Positions 1 through 12,727 of a stretch of DNA of 64,000 bases are shown in pieces. How positions within the stretch are numbered: the stretch's first letter is position 1; the number at the start of each line of letters is the position of its first letter. The translations under genes were made by a program, and so were the position numbers. The notes beneath the pieces are model-generated. The model was not told the DNA's origin and did no database searches. It saw only the letters and a list, made by a program, of their open reading frames with translations. This DNA comes from Octopus bimaculoides (Eukaryota): contig NC_068982.1 of assembly GCF_001194135.2 (NCBI RefSeq), forward strand, positions 162,136,267 through 162,200,266. Direction: 5' to 3'.

Positions 1-189
1 GACTGATTATACATTGAATGTTTGCTCAGACTTATCTTTGAGTCCTTTATTGTAAGTGACTAGGTACAACTTCTTTCAACTTGTCATCCCTAGTATATCT
101 TTTACTTGTTTCAATCATTTGCCTAGACAAAGATTATACCATCTGATAACAAGGTTCTTTAAAAGGGATTTAGTCATACTCATGGCCAA

Positions 190-720
190 ATTCTGGAAGA
201 GACTGATTAATTTTAGTGCCTTGGTGCTACCTTCACTACCACAGGGCTGGATTAAGATGTGATAAATATTCACATCATTAGCTTAAAAACTGGCTTCAGT
301 CTAGATCAAAAATTGATGTAGCTACAAAAATTTACATCTACCAAATACTTGTTCACACTATGTTGATATAGGACTGTGAAACATTGGTCAGTAAGAATGG
401 CAGACTTACATCAGCTGGAAGTATTTGATCACTTTTGTGTTCACTGAATCCTCCATTTTTGCAATTGAATTTTGTGTCAGGCTCTGAAGTTTGTTATTGT
501 TGGCAGATTAATTTCCTTCAACAACAAAACCTGTAACCAGACTAACAGATTTTGATTTGGTCACAGATTCTATTGTCTTACAATATATTATAAACAGTGA
601 GGTTGGCAGCTGAAAACATGGATTAGAATGAGCTAGATAGATCTTGAACAAATATCTACTCCTTGTATATATGGTATCTATGTTGGAAATGCAACTGGTA
701 AATGACCTTTGTTAGGTTGT
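190..720 (+). mobile_element. RTE-clade LINE relic (3' part of ORF)
   Basis: Degenerate KIYIYQ...DCETWSV...LEVFDHFC matches the RTE YGCETW...LEVFD region. Confidence 0.55.
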
Positions 721-1055
721 CTCTGTGACTGCCAGTCAAGCTTGGCTTTTGTACTCAGTACTATAGCTTTGCTGGTTGGAGCTGGCTCACTTCAACCTAT
801 ATGAATGTCAACACATATAATCATGAAAGAAATGATTGTCATTTGTTAGGTATTGATATTGAATTCTGCCCTGTCAACTTCCTCCTGCCAATCACATTTG
901 ATCCCCTTACATCCAAAAGACACTGGTGACGATACTATATAAAAAGCACTGGTGATGGTGTCACACAAATAGCACTGGTGATGGTGCCATGTAAAAACGC
1001 ATACACACATGCACACACAAGATTAAAATATATATTTACCAACATATATACCAAG

Positions 1056-1475
1056 GCACAGGTGTGATTGTGCAATTAGAAGTTTGCTTCCCAACCACAT
1101 GGTTCCAAGTTCAGTCCCATTGCATGTCCCCTTGGTCAGATTCTATTGTAGCTCTGGGCTAACCAAAGTCATGTGAGTGGATTTGGTAGATGGAAGCTGA
1201 AAGAAGCCCTCATTTGAATATGTGTGTGTTTGTATCTCCTTGTCTTGACATCACATGATAGTTGTGAGTATCACAGTCATACAAGCAGTGTCATTCATTT
1301 CCAGTATACTGCAAAGGTATGTTTGGCCATAGGGAGATATCTCCTAGCTTGGAAACAAGTGAGGGTTAGTGACAGGAAGGGCACCAGCCATAGAAAAAAT
1401 TTGCCTCAAATAAACTCTGTCCAACCCATGCAAGCATGGAAAAGTAGATCTTAAGAAGATCTTCTTGATGACGAT
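1056..1475 (+). mobile_element. SINE family A head with RTE-like tail ending in (GAT)n
   Basis: Head similar to 16533. Tail aacccatgcaagcatggaaaagtaga...gatgacgatgatg. Confidence 0.75.
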
Positions 1476-2083
1476 GATGACACTGTTACCAAGGAGGAGC
1501 TCTTCCTCCATTACCACATTATTGGGCACTTCAATGTTTCAACCCACCACACACATACAACCTCACACATGCAATGAATTTCATGATCTCTGAAACTCTT
1601 CAAGAACTATCTCACTTCTCACTTGTCAACTTCCTGAGTAACTAGCCTAATTCTTGCAGAAGCACTCGGTTTATATTTAAATAGTTATTCAATATTGAAG
1701 TGTTTCTATACTTTTTGAAGAATTAGTTTGTACTCTTTGAAAAGTTCTGCTCCTGCGTTCATTTATTTAGTAATCACTTGGTCGAGAATAGTCAGTGACT
1801 AAAAACATACCAGTCACTATCATGCCAAATAAGATTCATCATCTTAAAGAACCCTTCAGAATAATGGATGGTACCACTATGACATCATCACTTAGGTTGC
1901 AGACATTCATTTTTATAAATTCCTCCTATCACTTCAATGTCAAGTGAGAAAAGTTCAGTCAAGAGTTCAATGAGAATATTCTGGTATATTAAGAGAAGTA
2001 TAAACATTTCTCAACGAAAGTTACAAGTTCTCATTAAAATTAAATCTCTCTCTCTCTCTCTCTCTGCCCTATGATTAATAATG

Positions 2084-2117
<34 letters not shown>

Positions 2118-2118
<1 letters not shown>

Positions 2119-2514
2119 CACAGGAGTGGCTGTATGGTAAGAAGCTTGCTTCTCAACCACATTGTTCCGGGTTCAGTCCCACTGCGTGGCACTTTGGGCA
2201 AGTGTCTTCTACTATAGCCTTGAGCTGACCAAAGCCTTGTGAGTGGGTTTGCTAGACGGAAACTGAAAGAAGCCCATCGAATATGTATATGTATGTGTGT
2301 ATGTTTATGTATGTATTTGTGTGTCTGTTTGTCCCCCGCACCATTGCTTGACAGCCGGTGTTGGTATGTTTATATACCTATAACTTAGCAGTTCAGCAAA
2401 AGAGACTGATAGAATAAGTACTAGACTTACAAAGAATAAGTTCTGGTGTTGATTAGTTCGGCTAAAGGCGTTGCTCCAGCATGGCCACAGTCTAATGACT
2501 GAAACAAGTAAAAG
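2118..2514 (+). mobile_element. tRNA-derived SINE family A copy
   Basis: Colinear with and similar to 16533-16967. Confidence 0.85.
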
Positions 2515-2515
2515 G

Positions 2516-2559
<44 letters not shown>

Positions 2560-2865
2560 GGTGCAGCCTTCTGGCTTGCCAGTCCTCAGTCAAACTGTCC
2601 AACTCATACTAGCATGGAAACCAGACAATAAAGTTTATATATATATATATATATAGGTTTGACGGTGCAAACAGGATAAATAGAACCCAAAACATGATTA
2701 TTTATCTACTTTTTATTAATATTTAGCAGAAGCAACAGTGTGACTAAAGACTGAGAGTTTCAGGTGTTAGCACATACCAAACTTATCAAAGTTTGGTAAA
2801 TGTTAATGCATGAAACTCTCAGCCCTTGAGTCACTCTGTTGCTTCTGCTAAATATATCATCATCA

Positions 2866-3070
2866 TCATCATCATCATCATCGTTTAACGTCCGCTTTCT
2901 ATGCTAGCATGGGTTGGACGACTTGACTGAGGACTGGTGAAACCGGATGGCAACACCAGGCTCTAATCTAAATTTGGCAGAGTTTCTACAGCTGGATGCC
3001 CTTCCTAACGCCAACCACTCAGAGAGTGTAGTAGGTGCTTTTACGTGTCACCTGCACGAAGGCCAGTCAG
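2866..3070 (-). mobile_element. SINE/RTE-like 3' tail copy
   Basis: (CAT)n followed by cgtttaacgtccgctttc...ggatgcccttcctaacgccaacc. The same tail occurs at about 28135-28310, 44060-44300, 56880-57060 and 52786-52825. Confidence 0.75.
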
Positions 3071-3071
3071 G

Positions 3072-3112
<41 letters not shown>

Positions 3113-3771
3113 AATATGGTAAAAATTCGATATTATTTAATATCAATTTAATGCCAGGAAACTAGCACATTAAAAGAATCAGAAGGTTCAGGAANNNNNN
3201 NNNNNNNNNNNNNNNNNNNNNNNNNNNNNNNNNNNNNNNNNNNNNNNNNNNNNNNNNNNNNNNNNNNNNNNNNNNNNNNNNNNNNNNNNNNNNNNNNNNN
3301 NNNNNNNNNNNNNNNNNNNNNNNNNNNNNNNNNNNNNNNNNNNNNNNNNNNNNNNNNNNNNNNNNNNNNNNNNNNNNNNNNNNNNNNNNNNNNNNNNNNN
3401 NNNNNNNNNNNNNNNNNNNNNNNNNNNNNNNNNNNNNNNNNNNNNNNNNNNNNNNNNNNNNNNNNNNNNNNNNNNNNNNNNNNNNNNNNNNNNNNNNNNN
3501 NNNNNNNNNNNNNNNNNNNNNNNNNNNNNNNNNNNNNNNNNNNNNNNNNNNNNNNNNNNNNNNNNNNNNNNNNNNNNNNNNNNNNNNNNNNNNNNNNNNN
3601 NNNNNNNNNNNNNNNNNNNNNNNNNNNNNNNNNNNNNNNNNNNNNNNNNNNNNNNNNNNNNNNNNNNNNNNNNNNNNNNNNNNNNNNNNNNNNNNNNNNN
3701 NNNNNNNNNNNNNNNNNNNNNNNNNNNNNNNNNNNNNNNNNNNNNNNNNNNNNNNNNNNNNNNNNNNNNNN

Positions 3772-3812
<41 letters not shown>

Positions 3813-3982
3813 TGATGTTAAATAAGAATCTTTGTGAAAATCATATATCTTCTATCTGAAATGATATGTATAAACACTACATATTTAGCCAAGATCGTTT
3901 CATTGGACACTAAGTTTGCAAACACTTTGATTGTTTATTTAATTACCATCTATCATTATTCATTTATTTATTTATTCCACAG

Positions 3983-4174
3983 GAGGCCTCTGATAGCACA
4001 GAACTAATCCAACCTCAAATCGCCATGGTTACCCAGAAGTCTGCTCTTGAAGTTACAAGTGAAGAGGATCCAGAATCAGCATATGATATTGAAATGCCAC
4101 CTCCAATGGCAATCCAAGAGCACACATTTGCTGCAACCCAGCCTTCAACATCAGATGAAAGCCACACAAAGCTA
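3983..4174 (+). CDS. trio: Trio/Kalirin RhoGEF exon (linker upstream of GEF2), phase 0-0, 64 codons EASDSTEL...IEMPPPMAIQEHTF...SHTKL
   Basis: Pyrimidine tract plus cAG ending at 3982, GTAAGT donor at 4175, open frame. PPPMAIQEH matches the PPPMAIQQH motif I recall from the vertebrate Trio linker. Tandem acceptor CAGGAG is present. Confidence 0.88.
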
Positions 4175-5906
4175 GTAAGTATCAATAAATTAGTTGTATT
4201 TATTTGGAATTATAAATCCTCGTCCCCCAAGTTACTAGTATAGTATAATTTCTACTCTTCTCCATCTTGTATATGTGTGTTCTCTCCCCTGTGTGTCTCT
4301 GGCTATGTGTCTTGACTTTTATTTCAGGTTTGAAATTTTGTTTTCTTTTTAGAACAAGTTAACTGGAGGCTTACCAGCAGTACTTGGTAAATTGAGGTTT
4401 AATAGCAATATGATAAGAGAAACATGAGATCTTGAATGTAATCTGAGACATTAACTAGCTTATGCACAGTGCACACATACACACACGGATTGTACTTCAA
4501 TCTTCTCAGTTTTATCATGCAAATAACTACCCTATGCATATCTTAACAGACTCACAACTTCATATATAAACATGAAAAACTGATAACTCCTAGAAGCTTT
4601 TTTTCCAAGGTGTGTTTATGTAAAATTAAAAATTTCTCCACACTTGTTTCCTTGTTTCTCTCATACCCTGTTAATCACTACCACAAAACCCTTTACAGTT
4701 ATCACTTTGTCAGATGATCCAGTGTTTAAACAAATTTCTATGTGGTTGTTTGTTCTGCTAGAAATAACAACCAAATCTCTCAAATTACATCCTGTTTTAA
4801 AAAATGGAAGACTATAATGTCTGAAAGAGTAGGATGGTCATGGTTGGAATGCCTTTCATTATAGGCCTTCTCCATCATAGCTGAACTTGAACTAAACAGA
4901 TTACCCCAATCCTATCATTTAATCAGATGCTGAAAAGACAATTATAAAGGTTCTTTTCTCAACAAAATAAACATAATTTTCATTTCCTGATTCTGTTTGC
5001 ATTTCTATTTTGACATGGATCTGTCTTGTACTCTATATAGATCAATGAATCTGACCCTGGGTTACCAAAGGATCTAGTGTGAATTAAACATGTCTAGAGA
5101 TTTTGGATAAATACATTACTTCTTGTAGTTGTTTTATACTGGAATGTCTTTCACCATACAAGTTTCTCTCTCTCTCTCTCTCTCTCCCCTTCCTTCTCTC
5201 TCTTTACTTGTGTATATAATTTTATCTGACCTTTTGGGTTTTAGAAATTTCTAAAGAAAACATTCCCTCTTGTTACAGCTCTTCTTTCTCCTCTTCCTTC
5301 TCTGTATTATTTGAGGAACTGCTGTGTATCTGTTTTCTGTCTGTTTCTGACCCTGTAATTGCAAAATCTTATCATTCTCTCTACTCCTACGCATTCTGTC
5401 CATCATCTGTGAATTGTCAGCCTTCCCAATCATCATAGAGTTGTCTTATCTCATTCAACAGTACGCCATAACCCTTTCAGAACCATTGTCCACAGACTTG
5501 GTCATTCAATATCGATCTGAGAAAACAGATGTGGCTGTGAAAACTCCACCTCCCAGAGAGTAATCATGTTGAGCTGTTTATAGATCATGAAACAAACAAA
5601 AATATGGGTGTGCTTACTTTGCCAGCTTGTTGATCATCTGACTAAAATTACACATGATAGTGTCACTGTAACTAGAGTGTTAATGATACAATATAGGAGG
5701 ACTATACAGTGTCCACCATCAAAATGTTTATCTACCAAGAACTCATTATATTTCAGTGAAAAGATCAATACATTTTAAATGTCTAAATTGCAGAGAAGCT
5801 ATTGTTCATAGGATCATAACCTCATTTACAAACCGTATATTTGCATTCTAAACTACATTTCTTTTCGTTTTGTCTCCAGTCATCATGTGACATTTTATTC
5901 CTAGAT

Positions 5907-5954
<48 letters not shown>

Positions 5955-5973
5955 CCAAACTGGATTTGAACTA

Positions 5974-7216
5974 CAGTATTTCCCAATTGAATTTGTCCCT
6001 TTCTCAAATGAATTCATCCCTTCAATATCAAAACCAATTTAGATCTTAAATATTTAAAAATTAGACACCTATAAGTTTAAACAAGCACACAAAATAGTAT
6101 CTTAGCATGAGAATAGTGAGAATAAACAAAAAACTAAACTTAAAATGATTTAAACTTATTTTGAAACTCTTGTAATCATAAATATTTCACAAATCCTTCA
6201 TATTCAATGCTTGCGGGATGAAAAATGTTTGATGTCGATTATATCTTGCACAATTTACAGCAAATATTGAGTCCATTGCAAGATACATTGCTGTTTTTAA
6301 AATATTCATTCTATGAATCATCATGGGCAAATTTTCTGGTCTGTTTTAGAGATCATTTTTATGACTCTGTGAAACTGCTTCACAAAAGATTTCAATTCAT
6401 TGAACATTTCCTCAATGGGATTAAACATTGGGGAATAAGGAGGTAGATATTTAACCGTATGTTGTGGTGTGAGATCAATTTCATCGACACGTTTATGGAT
6501 GCATGCATTGTCCATAATAAATATGACAAAAAGCTGTTAAATTCAGAAGCTGTGATCTTCTTAAATGTTTCGAATTGGACAAGACCTGACATATCCATAG
6601 TGGCAATAATGTTTAAATTTGCCCCTTTAGTAGAAGAACGATCAGTAATTGCCTGAACTCCATGGTAAGCTCTGCCCATTGACCTTCAAAAAAATAGATC
6701 GTAAAAATATTTCATAAACAAAAATTTCATACAAGTATTTAGCAAATATAATAATCATTTACCTTGAAATCCAAATGTTGTAATTTGTTTCATCAATATA
6801 TACACAGCGAATGGCCAATCCATTATCTTGAAGCCATTCTGTGTAATAACATCGCTCCTTTTTTGTGTTTTCATTATTTCATTCTTGGGGGCAAATTATT
6901 AGTATTTTCAGAGTGTATCCAAGGCCGTCAAAATAGTGATAAGTAGTTGATAATGAAACAGTCAGATCAAATTTCTCTTGTAAAAGTTCTCTCATTCTTT
7001 TCAAAGTCAAATTTAAGTCAAATTTTTGCTCTTTCTGGAAGCAAACAATATTATTTTTTTATCCTGCTCAGATACTTTCTTGTATGTCTTGTTTGGCATG
7101 TTAAAAATGTCTAAACTATTATGTTTTAAATCAGACTTTAATACTAAAGGGATGAATTCATTTGAGAAAGGGACAAATTTATTTGAGAAAAGGATGAATT
7201 CAATCAGGAAATACTG
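5974..7216 (-). mobile_element. IS630/Tc1/mariner-superfamily DNA transposon with both termini, decayed, 1243 bp
   Basis: TA at 5972-5973 and 7217-7218. TIRs begin CAGTATTTCC and contain 21-bp internal repeats. A transposase relic lies inside. Confidence 0.93.
6187..7099 (-). pseudogene. Tc1/IS630-like DDE transposase pseudogene with an intron at 6684-6762
   Basis: Reconstructed as MPNKTYKKVSEQDKK.../LTLKRMRELLQEKFDLTVSLST...GYTLK...CVYIDETNYNIWISR^SMGRA.../MDNACIH...LPPYSPMFNPIEE. Contains an in-frame stop, frameshifts and deletions. Confidence 0.9.
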
Positions 7217-8739
7217 TAGTAACTTTTATTTCTAAACTAAGAGTTTTCTTCTATTTGTTTACAAATAAAAGTTAGTAGTTCAAACCCAAACTGTAGATAT
7301 CTCGGAAGAACACACATGGTGACTATCAAAATTCAAGCAGATTGAAACATGGAGAGGTTAAGAGTTCAGTAAATTATCATCTTAATACATTATTTACACT
7401 TTGATACGCACATAGGCACATACTTCAGATGTCATCATAACCAATCATTACAATTTCACTCATTGGTTATATAGTTATTTAAATATTTTTCTGTTATTAA
7501 ATATGATATTGCTTAAATACTTCCATATTTATCTAGCACTGTCGTGTTAAATACAATGTTTCATATTTCAGTATTCTCTCTTTCTTTATCTTTAACTTGT
7601 ACAGATGATATTACCCCCACCATCTACTCTACTGAAGTTCTTCAATATTTATCTAACATTGATCTCATTAATTAAAATGTCTCATCTTTCAGGATTCTAA
7701 CTTTCACTACTTGACATATTTGTAAATCAATAATCTAGTTTATTGTTTGTTTCAGTCACAGTTTACTTTATATTTTTATTTTAGAGTGGATCGGCTACAT
7801 ATACACATAGTGTTGATACTCGCATAGCTGCAAAATGGTGCACCTGTATAATAGACAGGTGACTGTACTCCTAGCTGTATAAGATGGTAACTTTGCAGAA
7901 TTATTTGAGCATCAGACAGGATGCCTCATGGTATTTGTTCTGACTCTCTCTGCTCTGAGTTCAAATCCCACTGCAGTCTGCTTTGCTCTCACCCTTTTGG
8001 GGTTGATAAAAAGGAGTTCCAATCAAAGGCAATGGATTGGCAGGACTGTAAGAATGTCAGATCAGATGTTTTGTGATATTGGTTCCAGCTCTTCGTATTA
8101 TGAGTTCAAATCTCACCACAGCCTACTTGGATGGTACATTTAACCTTTAATCAGTCACCCAGTATCTAGCTGTATAATAAACTTGTAAATGTACACCTAG
8201 CTGTATCAAAAACAGGTGACTGTATAGCTACATGGCTCTTTGTGTGTGTGTGTGTTGTGTGTGCATGCGTGCGTGCGTGTGCGTGCATGCGTGTGTGTGT
8301 GTGTGTGCGTGCGTGCATGCGTGTGTGTGTGTGTGCGTGCGTGCGTNNNNNNNNNNNNNNNNNNNNNNNNNNNNNNNNNNNNNNNNNNNNNNNNNNNNNN
8401 NNNNNNNNNNNNNNNNNNNNNNNNNNNNNNNNNNNNNNNNNNNNNNNNNNNNNNNNNNNNNNNNNNNNNNNNNNNNNNNNNNNNNNNNNNNNNNNNNNNN
8501 NNNNNNNTTTTTTTTTTTTTTTTTTTTGCTTTGGTGTCAGAACATCAAAAATTTTATCATTTTAGGATCACTAAATTTAAATTCATTCATCTACAGTATC
8601 TTGTTGATATATATACTAACATTTAAAATTTATGCTCAGTGATCATTAAAAATCCAATATCTCAAATTATTAGAATGTAATAATATCAGTATCCTAAATA
8701 TATCATTACAATAGAGCAAGTTAGTCAAAGACTTAAAGA

Positions 8740-9490
8740 TGGTTACAGAATGTCACTTAGTACTTTATCAAGAGGTTTGGTAACAACTTGACTACCACTT
8801 GTGACACTGCTCAGGTACCAAAGAAATCCTAGTTGTCTTGATAGCAGTATTCTGTTCTGCGTGATTGCTAGGATACAAACTGGGATGCAGGTCAGGTGGG
8901 TTACCTTGTCAAGTAAGTATGTTGGTTATCAGCAAATGAAGTAGTGGTTGTTTTAGCTCTTTTGCAGATGTCAGATTGTGCTGAAACAGAAATTTCACAC
9001 TGCCAAATAGCTTGTCAGATGATGTCAGCATAAAGTGATCCAAAATCTCCTGGTAGACCATTCTATTCACAGTGAACTTGAACTACTGCTCCACATACCA
9101 TTCCTGCTTCCCTGATTCAAATGAATCATTTGCAATTTTACCCATCATTGAGAAGAAGCTTGGTGCTGGTCACTTCACTGTTGTATTCCATCTCTTGAAG
9201 CTGTTTGTGCATGGGGTGTTTAGATAAACTAACTTTGCCTCTGTCCACTTTTTGTGGATCTTTTCCATATGTAAAACAAGCATTTTTTCACTACTCTTTT
9301 GGGACTGTAGCCATCCTTGGTGGTGTTGCACCTCTTTCTGTCACACCTGGCTCATCTGAATGATATTCCAGAGAGAGAGAGAGAGAGAGAATTCCATATC
9401 GAATTTTGGGAACATTCAGTATTTTCAGTGAAAACTTTGTTTTCCTTTCTTTTGGACAACTGTTAGATCAGAATTTTTGCTTGTGATTGC
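8740..9490 (-). mobile_element. Second, heavily decayed Tc1-like transposase relic
   Basis: Minus-strand fragments SDLTVVQK, RKRCNTT and VYQEILDHFMLTSSDKLFGSVKFLFQ resemble fish/amphibian-type Tc1 transposases. Confidence 0.7.
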
Positions 9491-9812
9491 AGCACTGGTA
9501 TCCTTACAATCTACAGTAAACATTGCTAGCCTACAGTAATCATTTTAGAAATTACTGACAATGTTTACAGACTGAAATGAAGAACAACTGCAACATAATT
9601 TAATCACTTCTTTGAATTTGCATTTTCCATTAATATTCATATTTTCTGAGATGCACTTGTGTGACGATGGGTGGGTGTGTGTGTGTGTGTTAATTCTTCA
9701 GTCGCCCTTTAACAAGAGAATTGGCCCCAAATAAGTCATGTTGGTACTCAATTTCATGTTCATGATCATTGTAACATTTAAAAGTACACAATTTTATTCA
9801 ATTTTAGTTTAG

Positions 9813-11668
9813 ATATCTTTTAATATCGTAATAATGATATATATTAGTAGTGTGATTTGGTTGCTCATACTAAACTTCAGAGAGATGAAGTGTCAGTAAT
9901 CATTGATACAAATAATATGTATATCATTGTTAGAAAATGAAGAAGTAGTATTAATTGTATATTTTACTTGTTTCTAAAATCACATGACTGGACAACATAC
10001 TTCTTAACCACAAGACCATGCTTGCACTTTATATATGTATGTATATACTCTTATATGTATAAATGTGTGTATGCATGTGAGTTTCTACTTGGGGTTTCTT
10101 TCAACAGCAGTGTAACATTGTTGTCCATTAAAGATGTACATTATCTGTTCTGAAGCAGGGAAATCTTTGAAGTCAAACAGAGGCCAGGATGCATTCATAG
10201 CTATAATTTGTTCTCTCAGTCAAATTGTCTTGACTGGGGAGCAGTAGCATAGAATAATGAGGTCCTTTTCTTCTTGATCATACCAATTCAACTGTGAAAT
10301 TAAAAATATTTTGAATTATCTCCCCTCATTTAAGGATGCTGATAAATATTGTTAGGGTTTTGTTTTTGTCTGTTTGTGAGGAAACTTGTAATGAATTAAG
10401 AACATATCTATTTGTGTGTGTGTGTGTGTAGTCATGGCTATCTTGTATGGTTAAGAAGTTTTAGGCACAAAATTAGTTTTGTGGTTAAGAAGTTTGTTTC
10501 AGGACCACATGATCTTAGGTTCATGCCCGCTGTGCAACACCTGAGTAGTGTTCCATTGTATCACTATATGAATGAATTTGGAAGATGGCTCCTATATTAA
10601 GCTCAACCCATAAAGATAGATAGATAGAGTGATAGATATATGTTTGTGCTTGTATGTATGTTATGTTAGGGGTAAATAATTGTCTTGGACAGAAGTGAAC
10701 CAGCAAAGTTGAGAGTTGACAGTGAGTTTGGTGAAGAATTAATTTAGCTTGCTGGTCGAAGGGGCCATCAGGGTTCAGTTTTCAGTCTTCCCCTGTTTAT
10801 TGTAGTCCTCCAGATCATAACTGAGAACCAATTAACTGTAGGAATTCCTGTGTGCTGATTATCTACTTCTAAATTGAAGTAGTTGAAGATTCAGAGAAGA
10901 AATTTCAGATATTGAATCAAAACGTAGAATCAAAAGGTCTCAAAGTAAACTTTGCAAATACTAAGTTATAGTAAGAAAGAAAGAAGACAAGACCTTACTT
11001 ATGGTTACATTTAATGGACAGGAAATGAGCAAGTACAATTTCCATATGATGTACTCAGCATAAATTATAGATGCATAGATGATGTAGTGATCTACTGGAA
11101 TGACAAAACATTTAGATTTCATATGTGGTAGATATGCAGGAGCAGACAGCGGGAGTACACATGAAATAGATGCTCCCTAAAATACATTGTTACTTACATG
11201 ACCTAATTAGCAGTGGACTAGGTGTTCCAAAATCACAGGAGTCTAAGCAATGATAAGTGGGAAAAGTTTCACAGTGTTATTGTTGATAAATGATTTCTCT
11301 CTTAGACTGAAGGGCAGATTGTATGATACTTGTGTAACCTTGACCTTCACTGCAGAGATTTATAAAAACTAGAAGGAAATGAAGCATGCATAGCGTGGTG
11401 AGTGTGAAATGTAATGTACATGATACTTGTCACACAAATGAGCTGGATATGAGATGAATCATAAGCAGTGTAAAAGAAAAATGAAGATTGCATTTGAATA
11501 GGCATCTTTTAATATCATAATAATATCTTTTAATATCATAATAATGATATATATTAGTAGTGTGATTTGGCTGCTCATACTAAACTTCAGAGAGATGAAG
11601 TGTCAGTAATCATTGATATAAATAATATGTATATCATTGTTAGAAAATGAAGAAGTAGTATTAATTGT
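9813..11668 (+). repeat. 146-bp direct duplication (9813-9958 and 11523-11668)
   Basis: Near-identical copies offset by 1710 bp. Confidence 0.92.
10740..11490 (+). mobile_element. RTE-clade LINE relic (end of RT to C-terminus)
   Basis: Degenerate ADxL...KKF...GLKVN..T segment, similar to the copies at 43070-44930 and 61770-62330. Confidence 0.65.
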
Positions 11669-12125
11669 GGAGGATGTGTACTGTTTCTTCTCAATCCCCT
11701 TAGCAGCAGCTAACATGTAGCTGCCATCATTGTGTCTCTTCTGTTACTCCCTCCTCTACCATGTCCCTGGTTCTTCTTCTGTCATCACTCATTCTTGTGT
11801 TTGACTTCTCAGTCACATTGTTTTGAATGTATGATGACAGCATATGAGAACACTTGAGTCTTGTAGGAGACAAGGCAACCATACTGGCACTGATACCACA
11901 ATAAAATGCACAAGGTATCCTTTGTAAAATGGTTAGCATTGGGAAAGGTACCCAGCTATTTGAAACCACGACAAAGAATGGAACCTACATGCTCAATATG
12001 GTCCATGTGTAGGAGGGCTGTAACTTCAAATAAAATGAGCTTGAATCTTGATAAGCTGTCCAACCCATCGTCTTAGAAAGTGAATGTAAAATGATGATGA
12101 TGATGATCATCATCATCATCATCAT

Positions 12126-12174
<49 letters not shown>

Positions 12175-12510
12175 GAAACAGCTACACCTCTTATCAATTT
12201 TATTGCAGGATTTCCAACTAAATACATCGTGTTTATCTTGAGATAACATGCTTGAAATATTTAGCCAAACAATTTAGATGTGCCTGAAACTAGTTGACTG
12301 CTGCATTTTAACAACTGTGTCTTCTTAGATAAGTCTCACAATGTGTCTCTACTGCATATATATCCATGTATGTATCTAATCTATATGGGTGCATGTGTCT
12401 GTCATATATATCTCATACACACACACACACACACACACACTTCTTGCAGATTCTATCTGCCAAATTCACAAGGTGCTGGTCTACCTGGTGCTATAGTAAA
12501 AGTTACTTAA

Positions 12511-12727
12511 CCCTTTAGCATTCAGATTATTTTGTCAAATGTAATGGTTATTTATTCTCATTGTTTTGAATAAACGTATTATCTTTTAGCTTCAAGATTT
12601 TGATGACATGGTTGTATATTTTTAGAATTACATTTTAGGTTAGGTGTGACAGATGGGATCTGGCTGATTTGAGTGTAAAACAGGTAGAATATTTGGCCCA
12701 GATATGGCCAGTTTAAATGCTAAAGGG
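12511..12727. mobile_element. piggyBac-type MITE (217 bp) inserted into a SINE
   Basis: TTAA at 12507-12510 and 12728-12731, perfect 12-bp TIR CCCTTTAGCATT. Both flanks are parts of one minus-strand SINE. Confidence 0.85.

Noticed and set aside
5251-5560. Possible transposase or acidic-protein relic on the minus strand
   Set aside because: Multiple stops and no diagnostic motif.
8232-8642. Long ORFs across gaps and microsatellites (also 15499-16132, 46328-46894, 58233-59036)
   Set aside because: Their length comes from N runs and (CA)n/(TA)n tracts, so they are not coding evidence.
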